DNA of 64,000 nucleotides from Dehalococcoidia bacterium. GTDB taxonomy: Bacteria; Chloroflexota; Dehalococcoidia; Bin125. The notes below the pieces were generated by a model. The model searched no databases. It worked only from the letters and a program-made list of their open reading frames with translations, and was not told the DNA's origin. The stretch spans positions 800,001-864,000 of the forward strand of contig CAXXRD010000001.1 in the NCBI GenBank assembly GCA_963663895.2. The letters run 5' to 3'. Both the position numbers and the translations under genes were made by a program. Shown in pieces: positions 14,244-25,073 of the stretch (position 1 is its first letter; every line of letters starts with the position of its first letter).

Positions 14244-14789
14244 CTACCGGCTGCGGCCGGCGATGCTTTGGCGGAGGCCGTGCAGTCGCGTACGAACGCT
14301 GCCGTCGACGAGGTGGTCGCCGATGCGCAGGACGGCTCCACCGAGCACTTCCCGCGCGACATCTTCCTGGAGCGCCACTTCCGTCGCGCCGGCAGCGGTA
14401 CGGATGGCAGCGGACAGCTGCGTGCGCGCGTTGTCCGTGAGGGGGATTGCCGTGGTGATGTGCGCGCGGACGACGCCGCGCTGATCGTTGAGGAGCTCGT
14501 CGAAGATCTCGACGATCTCCTCAGTGAGGGCGAGACGACGCTTACGTACGAGCAAGCGGGCGAAGTTGAGGACCTGGGGGTCCACGCCCTCAAGGCCCTG
14601 TTGCAACAGCTCGGTCTTGCGGGCTTCGGGGGTCGTGGCGCTGGTCAGGAAACCGCCGACGGTGGGCTCAGCGACGAGAGCGCGCAGCCTCTCGAGGTCG
14701 GCGCGCCAGCGGTCGAAGGCAGCCGCGTCACGGGCGATCCCGAAGATCGCTTGAGCGTAACGCTTGGCGGCGACTTCGCGAACGGGCAC
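14244..14789 (-). CDS. atpH: F1Fo ATP synthase delta subunit
   Basis: [31 protein letters not shown]; position between atpF and atpA. Confidence 0.94.
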   Translation of the reverse strand: MPVREVAAKRYAQAIFGIARDAAAFDRWRADLERLRALVAEPTVGGFLTSATTPEARKTELLQQGLEGVDPQVLNFARLLVRKRRLALTEEIVEIFDELLNDQRGVVRAHITTAIPLTDNARTQLSAAIRTAAGATEVALQEDVAREVLGGAVLRIGDHLVDGSVRTRLHGLRQSIAGRSR

Positions 14790-14807
14790 GACAGCCGTTC
14801 TCCCGCG

Positions 14808-15314
14808 CTAATTCTGACTGGCGGTGCCGAAGGTCGACTCGGCCAGCATTTCCTGGATAAGGCGCTCGTGGGCGTCGCGATCGAGGGCCTGGCCGATCAC
14901 GCGCTCGGCGGCGGCGATGGTCAGGTCGGCGAACTCTTCGCGGACACGGGCGATGGCAAGATCGCGCTCCTGCTGGATCTCCTGTCGCGCACGGGCGACG
15001 ATCTGCTCCGCTTCTTGGCGCGCGTTGTCGCGCGCCTCGGCTTCGATGCGTTGCGCGATCTCCTGGGCTTGGGCGACGAGGGCCTGGCCCTCCTGCCTCC
15101 CTTGCTGAATTTCGGTCTGAGCCTGGGCCTGGGCGTCTTGCACGGCAGCCTGGGCACGCTCAGAGGCCTTCAAGCCATCTTCAATCCGCCGCCGGCGCTC
15201 GTCCAAGACGCGCCGGAGAGGCTTGTGCAGGAATACCCAGAGGATCAGCAACAGGATGCCGAAGTTGACAAACTGCGTGATCAGGCCGGGCAAGTTAATG
15301 CCGAGACCGTCCAC
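14808..15314 (-). CDS. atpF: F1Fo ATP synthase b subunit
   Basis: N-terminal TM helix QFVNFGILLLILWVFL followed by a long charged coiled coil. Confidence 0.94.
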   Translation of the reverse strand: MDGLGINLPGLITQFVNFGILLLILWVFLHKPLRRVLDERRRRIEDGLKASERAQAAVQDAQAQAQTEIQQGRQEGQALVAQAQEIAQRIEAEARDNARQEAEQIVARARQEIQQERDLAIARVREEFADLTIAAAERVIGQALDRDAHERLIQEMLAESTFGTASQN

Positions 15315-15389
15315 GGCGCTCTCCTTTCCGAAAGGGAGGGCGGCGAGTCGCGGGAGCGTGCCGCCCTCGGGGTCGCACGCGCGGCGGCG

Positions 15390-15653
15390 TTAGAAGACGA
15401 ACCCGATCATCACGGCGACGACCAGAGCGTAGATGCCGATCGCTTCCGCAAAGGCCATGCCCAAGATCATGTTGGGCTGGATGCGCTCGGCGGCGTCTGG
15501 GTTGCGGCCGAGCGATTCCATCGCTTTGCCCACCAACCAGCCGATGCCGAGTGCCGGTCCCAGGGCCCCGAACCCGATCGCGAGTCCGGCTCCGAGGAAC
15601 TTCAGTCCGTCCGAGAATCCTGTGTCGCCGATTTGGAGTACGAGATCAGGCAT
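15390..15653 (-). CDS. atpE: F1Fo ATP synthase c subunit (H+-type)
   Basis: GAGLAIGFGALGPALGIG, RNP loop, AFAEAIGIY with the ion-binding Glu followed by Ala (no Na+-type E-S/T). Confidence 0.95.
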   Translation of the reverse strand: MPDLVLQIGDTGFSDGLKFLGAGLAIGFGALGPALGIGWLVGKAMESLGRNPDAAERIQPNMILGMAFAEAIGIYALVVAVMIGFVF

Positions 15654-15707
15654 ACCTTCCTCCGCCAGCGGCCACGCGGCCGCACTTGCCTCGAATGAAT
15701 GAGCCGC

Positions 15708-17243
15708 TCAATGGGCGGCGGGACTCCCTTTCGTGCTCTTCGTCATCGTGGGCGCCGTGGGAAACGGCGGTGACCGCGAAGACGAGCGTGAGCATGGCGA
15801 AGACAAACGCTTGGATGACGCTCACGAAGACTTCCAAGCCGTAGAACACCGTGGCCACCAGGAAGGGGACCAGGAACGCCGCCATGAATAGCAGGATTTC
15901 GCCCGCGAAGATATTGCCGAAGAGTCCGGAAGGTGAAGGAAACGATGCGGGCGACCTCGGAGATGATCTCCAGGATCCCCACCATCAAACCGACGGGGCC
16001 CTTGACGAGGGCGGCGTCCCCGACGCCGATGAAGCGCCCCGAAATTGGTGCCGAGGCCGAGGGATCGGATCCCCCACCACTGCACCCAGATAAAGGCCCA
16101 CAGGGCGATGGCCAGCGGCAAGTTGATGTCTGTGGCGATCGATCGGAAGAAGGGAAAGATCAGGCCGATGCCTTCGCCGTCTTCCAGGCCCTCTTGGGCA
16201 CGCTTGAGCACAACGCCGACATGGGCGGTGTTGACGGTGATGGGCAGGGTGATCTCGCCGGCGGCGGCGGGGCGATTCTCTTCGCTGGCTTCGTGTGTAG
16301 GCGTGAAGATGCGGGCGTCGCTGTAGCCGCCCACGTCGGCGACGATGGGGTCGACGAAGGGGTCGAATTCAAAGTCCTTGGCGCGGAGAGGAATGATGTC
16401 GACGCCGCCCGCGTTGAGGATGGCGCCGTTGAGCTCGGTGTCGCCGACATCGGTGACGGCGAGCGGCAAGTTGAAGACGAGGTAGTGCTCGATCGCCGCT
16501 TCTGGGAGGCCGGCGGCGAGGAGCCGCTCCTCAATGGCATGCTCCACGTCGGCGGGATCGGTATCGGCGGGGATGGGATGATCCGTGAACTGGGCACGGA
16601 CGGCGGCGTCCTGGGAGCCGATCTCCCCCGTAAGGAGCGTGGCGATGCGTTGGTCCGCCTCGGCCTGGTGACTCGCCTCGACGGGGATGGGTTCGGTCGC
16701 GACGTTGGCGAAGGCCTGGTTCAAGGCCTCGATGGAGATGACCTGCTCGTGCCCTTGATGGATCTCGTGGAACAGCTCTTCGGCATTCTCCTCTAGCTCT
16801 TCGAGCCACAAGACGCGTTCGTCCTCGGTGACGCCGATCACGTTGTTCCAGGGAAAGAGGCCGAACCAGTTGCCGATCAGGAGGAAGAGGAAGATCGAGG
16901 CGACGACCGGAAAGAAGCGGCGGGCGTTCTTCCTGCCCGCAACGAGCTCGACGATGTTGTAGAAGGCCTCAATGAGCGCCTCAAGGAGATTCTGAAACCC
17001 GCGCGGAACGAGCGCGCTCTCCACACGGCGCAGACGCCGGTAGAGCAGGAGCGTGGGGATGGCCATCAAGATGATGACGACCCAGGCGGAGAGGAATCGT
17101 GTTGGTGATGCTGTAGCCCCCGAGGTCCACGATCTCCTCGGCGGCGATGGACGATGTGCGGGGTGGGTGCCCTTGAGGAACGCGAAGCCGACGACAAGGA
17201 TGATCAGGGAGAGGAGCAGGTACCCGTTGCGCTTACTCAGCAC
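15708..17243 (-). CDS. atpB: F1Fo ATP synthase a subunit with large acidic insertion (several apparent frameshifts)
   Basis: VPRGFQNLLE, FLLIGNWFGLFP, RSIATDINLPLAIA, ARIVSFTFR(LFGNIFAGE), LEVFVSVIQAFVFAMLT; stop inferred at 15708 after correcting one extra base. Confidence 0.9.
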
Positions 17244-17271
17244 GCGAGACCTCCCAAGGCGCGCGGGAGCG

Positions 17272-17510
17272 TCACGGCCGACCGCTGCCGGGGGGAGACA
17301 TGACGTTCTTCAGCATGCGATAGGCGCCCCAAGCCGCCACGATCATCCCCAAGAGGATGCCGAGAAGCGTGAACAATGGTTTTGCGTCGACCTTGGCCGT
17401 CGAGCCAGAGTCCGCCCAACGTGCCGAGGACGATACAGGTGGCAAAGTACCAGCCGATCCCCACAAGCTGAAAGGCCGGCGGAAGATTACGTATCGCCGC
17501 GACCCCCCAT
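17272..17510 (-). CDS. AtpZ/AtpI (ATPase gene 1) family protein, frameshifted
   Basis: GIGWYFATCIVLGTLGGLWLD + KPLFTLLGILLGMIVAAWGAYRML; immediately upstream of atpB. Confidence 0.8.
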
Positions 17511-17580
17511 TAAACCAGGAGGGAGCCTATCACGCGCGATCGGGTGGAGCAATGAAGCCGTCGCCCGCGCCCTCCATCGG

Positions 17581-18124
17581 TTAGCGCTTGTCGAAGTCGT
17601 CGAGATCAAGGGCTTTCGATAAAGTCGCGGAAGGCAGACATCTTCTCCAGGTCCTCTTCCTTGACGGGAGTCGGAGGGGGGCGCTCGCCCGCCTGGGTGG
17701 CGACGGCCATCTCGCCCTCTTTATCCATGACCACGCCAGGCTTTTTCGAGCACGGCTTCCTCGGCGAAGATCGGGGCAGCGGCGCGGACGGCGAGGGCGA
17801 GGGCGGCGCTAGGACGGGAGTCGATCTCGAAGGAGCGGATCGTTGATCTGAAATATGGATGCGAGCGTAGAAAGTGTCGTTGTTGAGGTCGTTAACAACA
17901 ACGCGCCTGACCGAGGCGCCGAATTCCTTGAGCGCGTTGGAGAGGAGATCGTGCGTCATGGGACGGGCGACGCTGACGTCTTGAAGGCGAACCGCGATGG
18001 CGTCCGCCTCGGCGGCGCCGATCCAGATCGGGAGGAAGCGCTCTGCTCCTTTCTCTTTGAGCACGACGACCCGCTGATAATTCATCAGGGAGACGCGAAT
18101 GCTTTCGATCCGGAGTTCGATCAT
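17581..18124 (-). CDS. Bifunctional nuclease (DUF151) family protein, frameshifted
   Basis: RVVVLKE...RFLPIWIGAAEADAIA, RPMTHDLL, DTFYARI; C-terminus AFRDFIE(SLDLDDF). Confidence 0.88.
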
Positions 18125-18169
18125 CGCCGCCTCGCGCGAGGACAAGGAGTGCGGTGGGCCAGCGCGTCG

Positions 18170-18199
18170 AGCATAGGACCGCTTAAAAAAACATGTCAA
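18170..18199 (-). promoter_or_regulatory. Sigma70-type promoter upstream of DUF151/atp genes
   Basis: Minus strand TTGACA-18 nt (includes a T7 run)-TATGCT. Confidence 0.6.
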
Positions 18200-18214
18200 T
18201 GAAGGGGCGGGCAG

Positions 18215-19644
18215 CTACGGGGGCGCGGGCTGGGCGGGGGGAGCCGTTTGGCGGGCGGCCAGGCGCCGCATCTGCACGCTCACCAGAGCGAGAAAGAGCG
18301 TAATCCCGGCGACGACGAAGAGCACCCGCTCGATGCCGATGGCGTCGGCGATCCCGCCGACGGCGAGGAGAACCACCATGGAGACCCCGTTAGCCAGCAT
18401 CAGCTGGGCCGCGAAGATGCGGCCGCGCATTTCGGCGGGGGCGCGCTCGTGCAGCTCGGTCTGGGGCGGGCGCGTTGACCAGGCCGTAGCAAACGCCGAG
18501 AGGGAAGGCGAAGAGCAGGGTGACGAAGACGAGGAGGGAGACGCCGCCGACTTGGTCGGGGCCGAGGAGGCCGAAGGGTTGCCGGTCTTGCAGGAAGTCG
18601 ACGAAGAAATTGATGCCGCCCATGGCCGCGATGACCACGGTGAGGCCGAAGAGAGCGACCGTGACGATGCCGTTGCCGGTGAAGCGGCGGCCCAGCCAAG
18701 GAAGCATGCGCAAAGCGAGCAGGGCACCGATGCCGGTGGGCCAAAAGATGAAGACGGAGTTGTCGGCGTCGATCTCCAGGATCTCTTGGACGAAGCGCGG
18801 CACGAGAAGCGCGAAGAGGAAGAGCAGCATGCCGCCACTGGCAAGTTGGATGAGCGCGAGGGTGGTCAGACGATCGGCGCGGACGGCATGCCAGGCAGCG
18901 GCGAGCTCACGGGGGACGGTAGCGAGGCGGTCGCGCCAGGTCTCGCTTGTGTAATCGCCGAGGGAGGGGAGGCCGGGCAGGCGACCGATCAGGGGAACGG
19001 TGAGGAGGATGAGGGCGGCGGCAAGGATGTAGGAGCCGTCGAAGCCGAGCGCTTTGAGCATCACCGGGGCCAGGAAGACCATGCCGACCAGTTGGGAGAA
19101 GGTGAGCGTGACGATGAAAGCCGAGTTGGCGGCGAGCAGTTGGCGGCGGGCCACGAAGCTGGGCACGGCGGCAGTGGCCGCCGGAAGAAAGAACTGCCCC
19201 ATGGTCGCGGTCAGGAAGGTGATGGCGTAGATGGCGAGGAGGGAGTTGTCGGCGAAGAGGAGGAGCACGGTCAGCACGGCACGCAAGGCGTTGGTGATGA
19301 TCATGACCGTGCGCTTGTTCCAGCGGTCCACAAGGACGCCGGAGACCAAGCCGAAAACGACGGGCGGGGCGGCGAGGGCGATGAATCAAGCCGGAACCCG
19401 CCAAGCTACTGCCGGTTTTTTCGACGATCAGGATGAGGAGAACGAACTGCAGCGCCGTGTTGGTGGTTTGGGCGATACCCTGCGCGGCCCACAGCGAGAC
19501 GAAGCGATCGTTACGAAAAAGGGGACCGTCCACCGGCGCTTCGGAGCGAGCGGCCGTGTGGAAGATCCAAGCGAGCAAGCCCAGCCGCCCCGGCCGAGAA
19601 GGGGCGGGCGGCGGCCCGTCCTGCGCGGGCTTATCCGCGCTCAC
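18215..19644 (-). CDS. MFS transporter (apparent frameshifts near 19385 and 18465)
   Basis: FVSLWAAQGIAQ, motif A GVLVDRWNKRTVM, multiple TM helices, MRGRIFA. Confidence 0.85.
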
Positions 19645-21018
19645 GGCGCGGAGCGAACGCGGCGCAAGCGCCGCGTGAGATTCAAGGGATCGGCTTTACC
19701 CCATTGGGCGTAGGCCCAGGCGTAGACCAGCAGCAGCGGCGCCAAGGCAAGGACGATGCGCACGTCCACGACTTCGGCCAGCGCCCCTCCCACGAGGAGC
19801 GGAGCGATGGAGGCGAGGCTGGACATCAAGCTCTGGACGGAGAAGATGCGCCCCTGCATGAGCAAGGGCACCCGCTCATTGAGGACGACGTTGGCGGCGA
19901 CATTGACGACCGAGAGGGCAAACCCCAGCGGGAAGGCGATCAGCATCACCATCTGCGACTTGGCGCTGATGTCGGGGAGCGGGCCGAGACCCTGGTCGCT
20001 GAAGCCGAAGAGGGTCCCGATCGTGGCGTCGACGCCGTCGATAAAGGCAAGCAGCAAGAGAGCGGCGATGAAGCCAACGATGCCGGCCGTACCCAGCCAA
20101 GCAGCGTCGCGGCGGCGGGCGAGGGAGGAAACGAGGCGCAGCCCGACGAGCATGCCGATCACGCCGGGCAAGAGCACGATCGGAAGGTCGCTCACCCCTT
20201 GGCCCAGCACCTCCTGTAAGTAGACGGGCATCAGCGCGGCGAGCAAGGGGATGGTGGCGGCGAGGAGGGTGAGCTGGACGGCGGCGCGAAAGACGATGCG
20301 GTCCTGCTTGAGGAAATCGAGCGCTTCGAGAAAGGCCTGTTTGCCCCAGCGTGAGGCTTCGTCCGGGAAGCGAGGGGCGAGCCTCCCGGAACCGCCGGGG
20401 ATCACGGCGGCGTAGATGGCGGCCGCGGAGAAGAAGATGGCGGTGACCACAAAGAGCGCACCAATGCCAGCGAGCTCGGCGAGCAGCGGGGCGAGGATCG
20501 CGAGTCCCGCGATCTGCGCAAGGTAGCGCATGAGGTTGAGGAAGGCGTTGGCGCTGGTGAGCTCGGCCTTCCCGACGAGCGTGGGAACGAGCGCGGACTC
20601 AGCCGGGCCGACGAAGGGGGCGAGCATCGCAAGCAGGGCCGCCAAGAAGTAGATCTCGACCACGCCTTGCGTGCTGAGAACGAACACAAAGCAGACGCCG
20701 GCGCGCAGGGCGTTAGCGGCGAGGAGCGTCCAGCGCTTGGGAACGGCGTCGATCACGGAGCCCGCGACCACGCCGAGGACGGCGGAGGGGAGGACCCACA
20801 GGAGCACGAGGAGGCTGATCTCGATGCCCGAGCTGGTTAGCTGGGCGATGGCGATGAGCGATCCGAACTGAGCGGTGTTGGAAGCGATCTGGCCGAGGGG
20901 TGCGGGCGAGCCAGAGGACACGGAAATCGCGGTTCAGGTAGACGGGCGAGTGCGCCGACTCCGGAGCTTCGGCGCCCGGGTCGCCCTCGGAGCCCGCGCC
21001 GGTCGCGAGCCGCATCAT
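19641..21018 (-). CDS. MFS transporter (apparent frameshift near 20900)
   Basis: NRDFRVLWLA, GSVIDAVPKRWTL, many TM helices, MQGRIFS. Confidence 0.85.
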
Positions 21019-21815
21019 GGGGGATCGGGCAGGGGAAGGGCTGCGTTGATCGCGTCGCGCAGGCGCATCGCCGCCGCCCGCGCGGCAGCCGCAAAATCGG
21101 GGCCCTGCGAAGCGTAGAGGATGGATCGAGAGGCCGTAATGAGGAGGCCCGCGCCCCCGGCGTCGACGCCCGCCGCGAGGGAAGCTTCAAGGTCGCCGCC
21201 CTGAGCGCCGATGCCGGGGATGAGGATGGGAAGGGTGGGGCAGCGCGCGCGCACGGCTCGCAGCGCCGCTGGGTCGGCGGCGCCGACGACGAGGCCGCTG
21301 TTGCCGTGTTCGGCGCCCCATTCCATCGCGAGCTGCGCAACACGCAGGTAGAGCGGCTCGCCGCCCACGTCGAGATCCTGCAGATCGGCGGCGCCAGGAT
21401 TGGAGGTGCGACAGAGTACGAAGGCGGCGCGGTCCGGGCGGGCGAGAAAGGGGCGTACCGCGTCGCCGCCCATATAGGGGCTGACCGTGACGGCATCCGC
21501 GCCAAGCTCGTCGAAGGCGGCCGCAGCGTAAGCGGCGGCGCTATTGGGGATATCACCGCGCTTGCCGTCAAGGATGACGGGAATGGCATCCGGCACCGCT
21601 GCGATGGTCTGGCGCAGGATGCGCCAGCCTTCGGAGCCGTATGCCTCATAAAAGGCCGCGTTGGGTTTGTAGGCGCATACGAGGTCGTTCGTCGCGTCGA
21701 TGATGGCGCGATTGAAGAGGAGCGCGTCTTCAAGGTCAGGGCGGGGGTCGAGGCCGACGCAAAGCAGCGAGCGGTTGGTGATGCGGGCGGCGGCCAAGGT
21801 TTCGCGGAAGCTCAT
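21015..21815 (-). CDS. pyrF: Orotidine-5'-phosphate decarboxylase
   Basis: LCVGLDP, YKPNAAFYE, DGKRGDI, LIPGIGAQGG, SRSILYA. Confidence 0.96.
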   Translation of the reverse strand: MSFRETLAAARITNRSLLCVGLDPRPDLEDALLFNRAIIDATNDLVCAYKPNAAFYEAYGSEGWRILRQTIAAVPDAIPVILDGKRGDIPNSAAAYAAAAFDELGADAVTVSPYMGGDAVRPFLARPDRAAFVLCRTSNPGAADLQDLDVGGEPLYLRVAQLAMEWGAEHGNSGLVVGAADPAALRAVRARCPTLPILIPGIGAQGGDLEASLAAGVDAGGAGLLITASRSILYASQGPDFAAAARAAAMRLRDAINAALPLPDPP

Positions 21816-21908
21816 GTGGTGATCTTACCGGGCAGGTTTCCCACAGCCGTACCGGCATCGCGAGGCGGGGCGTTTCGCGGACGGCACGGCGCGAGTATGG
21901 TCGGCGAA

Positions 21909-22640
21909 ATGGCGGCCCGAGCATCTGTCGCCGTGCACTTGACGCCACCCGCACCGTATCTGGTCGCGGGGCGGACGGCGGTGCTGATCGACACACTGCG
22001 GGCGACCACGACCATGACGACGTTGGTACGGGGCGGAGTGGCGGCGATCTACGCCTGCCCAAGTATCGAGGCGGCGCGTGCGCTGGCGGGGCGCTTGCAG
22101 GGCAGCCGGCTGTGCGGCGAGGTGGAGGGAGAGCGCCCGGAAGGGTTCGATTTCGGCAACTCGCCGACGGAGTTCGCAGCGCTGGACGTCGCGGGGTGGA
22201 ACGTGGTGCAGGCCACCACCAACGGTACCCCCGCGCTGCGGTTAGCAGCCAATGCGAGGCAGACGCTGGCCTGCTGTCTGCGCAATCGCGGCGCGGTGGC
22301 GGCCCGACTTGCCGGCGAGCCCGCGATCGCGATCGTGTGCGGGGGGGAGGAAGGCGGAACGACAGCCTCCGTCGAGGATACCTACACGGCGGGAGCGCTG
22401 GTGGACAGACTGTGTACCCACGACCCGGCACTCCAGTTCAACGCGGGAGCGCGGCTCGCGCGCCGGGTGTTTCAAGCATACGGAGACAGCATGGCGGCGT
22501 TTCAGGAGTCTCCGCACGCGGCCGATCTGCGAGCGCGGGGGTTCGCAGCGGACTTGGCGTACGCTGCGGAGCTCGATGTGGAGCGGGCCGTGCCGCGGGC
22601 GCTGGTCAACGCGGAGGGGCAGGTTATCGTCAGCGGCTAA
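21909..22640 (+). CDS. 2-phosphosulfolactate phosphatase (ComB) family protein
   Basis: VLIDTLRATTT, GFDFGNSP, TTNGT, VEDTYTAG. Confidence 0.9.
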   Translation: MAARASVAVHLTPPAPYLVAGRTAVLIDTLRATTTMTTLVRGGVAAIYACPSIEAARALAGRLQGSRLCGEVEGERPEGFDFGNSPTEFAALDVAGWNVVQATTNGTPALRLAANARQTLACCLRNRGAVAARLAGEPAIAIVCGGEEGGTTASVEDTYTAGALVDRLCTHDPALQFNAGARLARRVFQAYGDSMAAFQESPHAADLRARGFAADLAYAAELDVERAVPRALVNAEGQVIVSG

Positions 22641-22665
22641 GCTGCATGGCGAATAGGGGGATGCG

Positions 22666-23910
22666 ATGCGCGCGGAGATCGTGTCGGTCGGAACCGAGAT
22701 CCTGCTTGGCGAGATCCAGGACACGAACGCACGGTACCTGGCCCAGCGGCTCCCGGCGCTCGGCATCGATCTCTATTTCATGCACCAAGCAGGCGATAAC
22801 CTGGCGCGCCTGCGCGACACCATCGCCGCGGCGCTGGCGCGGGCCGATCTGGTGCTGGTGACGGGAGGACTGGGCCCCACCGAGGACGACATCACCCGCG
22901 CCGCGATCGCGGCGGTCTTCGGTGAGGAGCCGGCCGTCGACGCGGAGTTGGAGCGCACGCTGCGCGAATTCTTCGCGAGCCGCAACTTAAGGATGCCGGA
23001 GCGGAACGTGAAGCAGGCGATGCTGATCCCGTCGGCCACGGCGATCCCCAACCCACGGGGGACGGCGCCCGGCTGGTGGGTTGAGCGAGACGCCAAGATC
23101 GTGGTGGCCATGCCCGGCCCGCCGGCGGAGCTGTCCGGGATGTGGGAGCGGGATGTGCGCCCGCGGCTGGCCGAGCGCAGCGAGGGAATGGTGATCGTCA
23201 GTCGCACGCTGAAGACGGTGGGGATCGGGGAGGGAGTCGTGGACGAGACGGTCGCGCCGCTGCTGGAGAGCCACAACCCGACGATCGGCGTGTACGCCAA
23301 AGGGGACGGCGTGCATCTGCGGCTGACGGCCAAGGCAACGTCGCCGGCGGCGGCGCGGGCGTTGATCGCGCCCGTGGAAGCGCAGGTGCGGGCGCTGTTC
23401 GGAACGGCGGTATGGGGCGCGGACGACGACACCCTGGCACAAGCCGCGGGCGTGCTGCTCAAGGAGAAGGGGCTCACGCTCGCGGTGATGGAGTCTTGCA
23501 CGGGCGGGTTGCTGGCCAGCGCGATCACGGACGTAGCGGGGTCGAGCGCATACTTCCGGGGTGGGCTGGTGCCGTATACGGCCGAGGCGAAGCAGCAGTA
23601 CGGGGTGCCGGCGCAGGTGATCGCGGCCCATGGATTAGTGAGCGAGGCGACGGCGCGCGCGATGGCGGCGGCGGCGCGCGCAGAGCTGGGCGCGGACGTG
23701 GGGGTCGGGGTCACGGGCGTGGCGGGCCCGGAACCCCACGATGGCGCGCCGGTGGGGACGATCGAGGTCGCGATCGAGACGCCGGATGCGTCGGGGCACG
23801 GGGGATTTGTCTTCGCACAGAGCCGCGAGGCGATCAAACGCCGGGCGGTGACGACGGCGCTGCTGCTGATCCGCAGAGCGGCGCTGGGCGAGCTGCGCGC
23901 AAAGAGCTAA
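22666..23910 (+). CDS. cinA: Competence/damage-inducible protein CinA (MocF + NMN deamidase)
   Basis: VGTEILLGEIQDTN, TGGLGPTEDDIT, ESCTGGL, GSSAYF, TGVAGP. Confidence 0.94.
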   Translation: MRAEIVSVGTEILLGEIQDTNARYLAQRLPALGIDLYFMHQAGDNLARLRDTIAAALARADLVLVTGGLGPTEDDITRAAIAAVFGEEPAVDAELERTLREFFASRNLRMPERNVKQAMLIPSATAIPNPRGTAPGWWVERDAKIVVAMPGPPAELSGMWERDVRPRLAERSEGMVIVSRTLKTVGIGEGVVDETVAPLLESHNPTIGVYAKGDGVHLRLTAKATSPAAARALIAPVEAQVRALFGTAVWGADDDTLAQAAGVLLKEKGLTLAVMESCTGGLLASAITDVAGSSAYFRGGLVPYTAEAKQQYGVPAQVIAAHGLVSEATARAMAAAARAELGADVGVGVTGVAGPEPHDGAPVGTIEVAIETPDASGHGGFVFAQSREAIKRRAVTTALLLIRRAALGELRAKS

Positions 23911-24050
23911 CCACGTCCAGCGCGATCGGTCAGAGCCGGCGGTACGCATGGTACCGTTGGCCGCGGCGGGGTGGCATGGCCGACGCCAATGCTCCCCGTG
24001 AGCCGATCCGTCGCGCGGCGCGGACAGCAGGCGCTCCTAGTAGAGACGGC

Positions 24051-25073
24051 ATGCAAACCACCGCTCTCCCAATCGCGTTGGGCGCGAACTGGATATACGC
24101 GCTGCCCTCCAAGGAGGGGCTGTTGCTCGTCGACGCGGGGCCGGACTACCCCGGCTCGTGGGACGAGCTGGTGACGCAGCTCGACGGCTACGGCTACCGG
24201 CCCGAGCAAGTGCGGCGGGTCGTGGTCACGCATGCGCACGTGGATCACGCGGGGCTGGCGGCGCGGTGGCAGGAGTTGGGGGCGGAGGTGTGCGGGTCGG
24301 CGGATGAGGTGGAGCGCTTCGCGGCGGGGCTGGCGGTCGGCTGGTACGACTCCGATCTGGTGCTGCGCTTGCTGGCCGAGTGCGGGGTCCCGGAGGAGCG
24401 ACTGACGGGGCTGCGCCAGCACTATCCGCCTCATCCGGAGCAACTGGCCGCCTGGCGGCGGTCGCCCCCGGAAAAGCTGCCGAGCAAGCGCTGGCCGGGA
24501 ATGTTGTGGGCGACGCCGTTTCGTCCCGACCGCACGCTGCAGGCGGGGGATGTGGTGTCGGTGGGGGAGCGCGCGGTGCGCTTCGTGGCGACGCCGGGCC
24601 ATACCCCCGGCGACTCGGTCTACTACGAGGAAGCCAGCGGCGCCTTGTTCAGCGGCGACCACTTGCTGCCGCGGACGACATCAACGCCCGGGATTCACTT
24701 CTTCAACCACCGCTACGAGGAACGGATGCGGAGCCTGCCCGAACAGGGGCGCTCGCTACAGCGGGTGCGAGCACTGGGTGCGACGCATCTGTATCCGGGG
24801 CACGGCGAGGCAACGCCGGATGTCGCCGGCGCGGCCGAGCGGACGGCGGCGCGGCGTGCCAAGCGGCAAGGCAGGATCTTGCGCGAGGTCGAGCGGGGAC
24901 CGCTGACGCCCTACGAGGCGCTTCAGCGCTTTTTCCCGCATCTGCCGGACGGCCGGATCCGGCAGGCGCTGGCGGAGATCATCGGGCTGATCGACGCCCT
25001 GATCGTGGCAGGGCTGGTCGAGGAGCATCGCGAGGACGGAGTGATCCGAATCGCGGCGGCGTCTAGCGGGTGA
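24051..25073 (+). CDS. Metallo-beta-lactamase fold hydrolase with C-terminal winged-helix-like tail
   Basis: THAHVDH, PGHTPG, SGDH, YPGHG metal ligands. Confidence 0.88.
   Translation: MQTTALPIALGANWIYALPSKEGLLLVDAGPDYPGSWDELVTQLDGYGYRPEQVRRVVVTHAHVDHAGLAARWQELGAEVCGSADEVERFAAGLAVGWYDSDLVLRLLAECGVPEERLTGLRQHYPPHPEQLAAWRRSPPEKLPSKRWPGMLWATPFRPDRTLQAGDVVSVGERAVRFVATPGHTPGDSVYYEEASGALFSGDHLLPRTTSTPGIHFFNHRYEERMRSLPEQGRSLQRVRALGATHLYPGHGEATPDVAGAAERTAARRAKRQGRILREVERGPLTPYEALQRFFPHLPDGRIRQALAEIIGLIDALIVAGLVEEHREDGVIRIAAASSG

Noticed and set aside
16170-16830. Intein or mobile element within atpB
   Set aside because: No Cys/Ser...His-Asn splice motifs, endonuclease motifs or terminal repeats seen.
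21909-22640. Coenzyme M biosynthesis
   Set aside because: ComB-family phosphatases are widespread without CoM; no comA, comC, comD or comE nearby.
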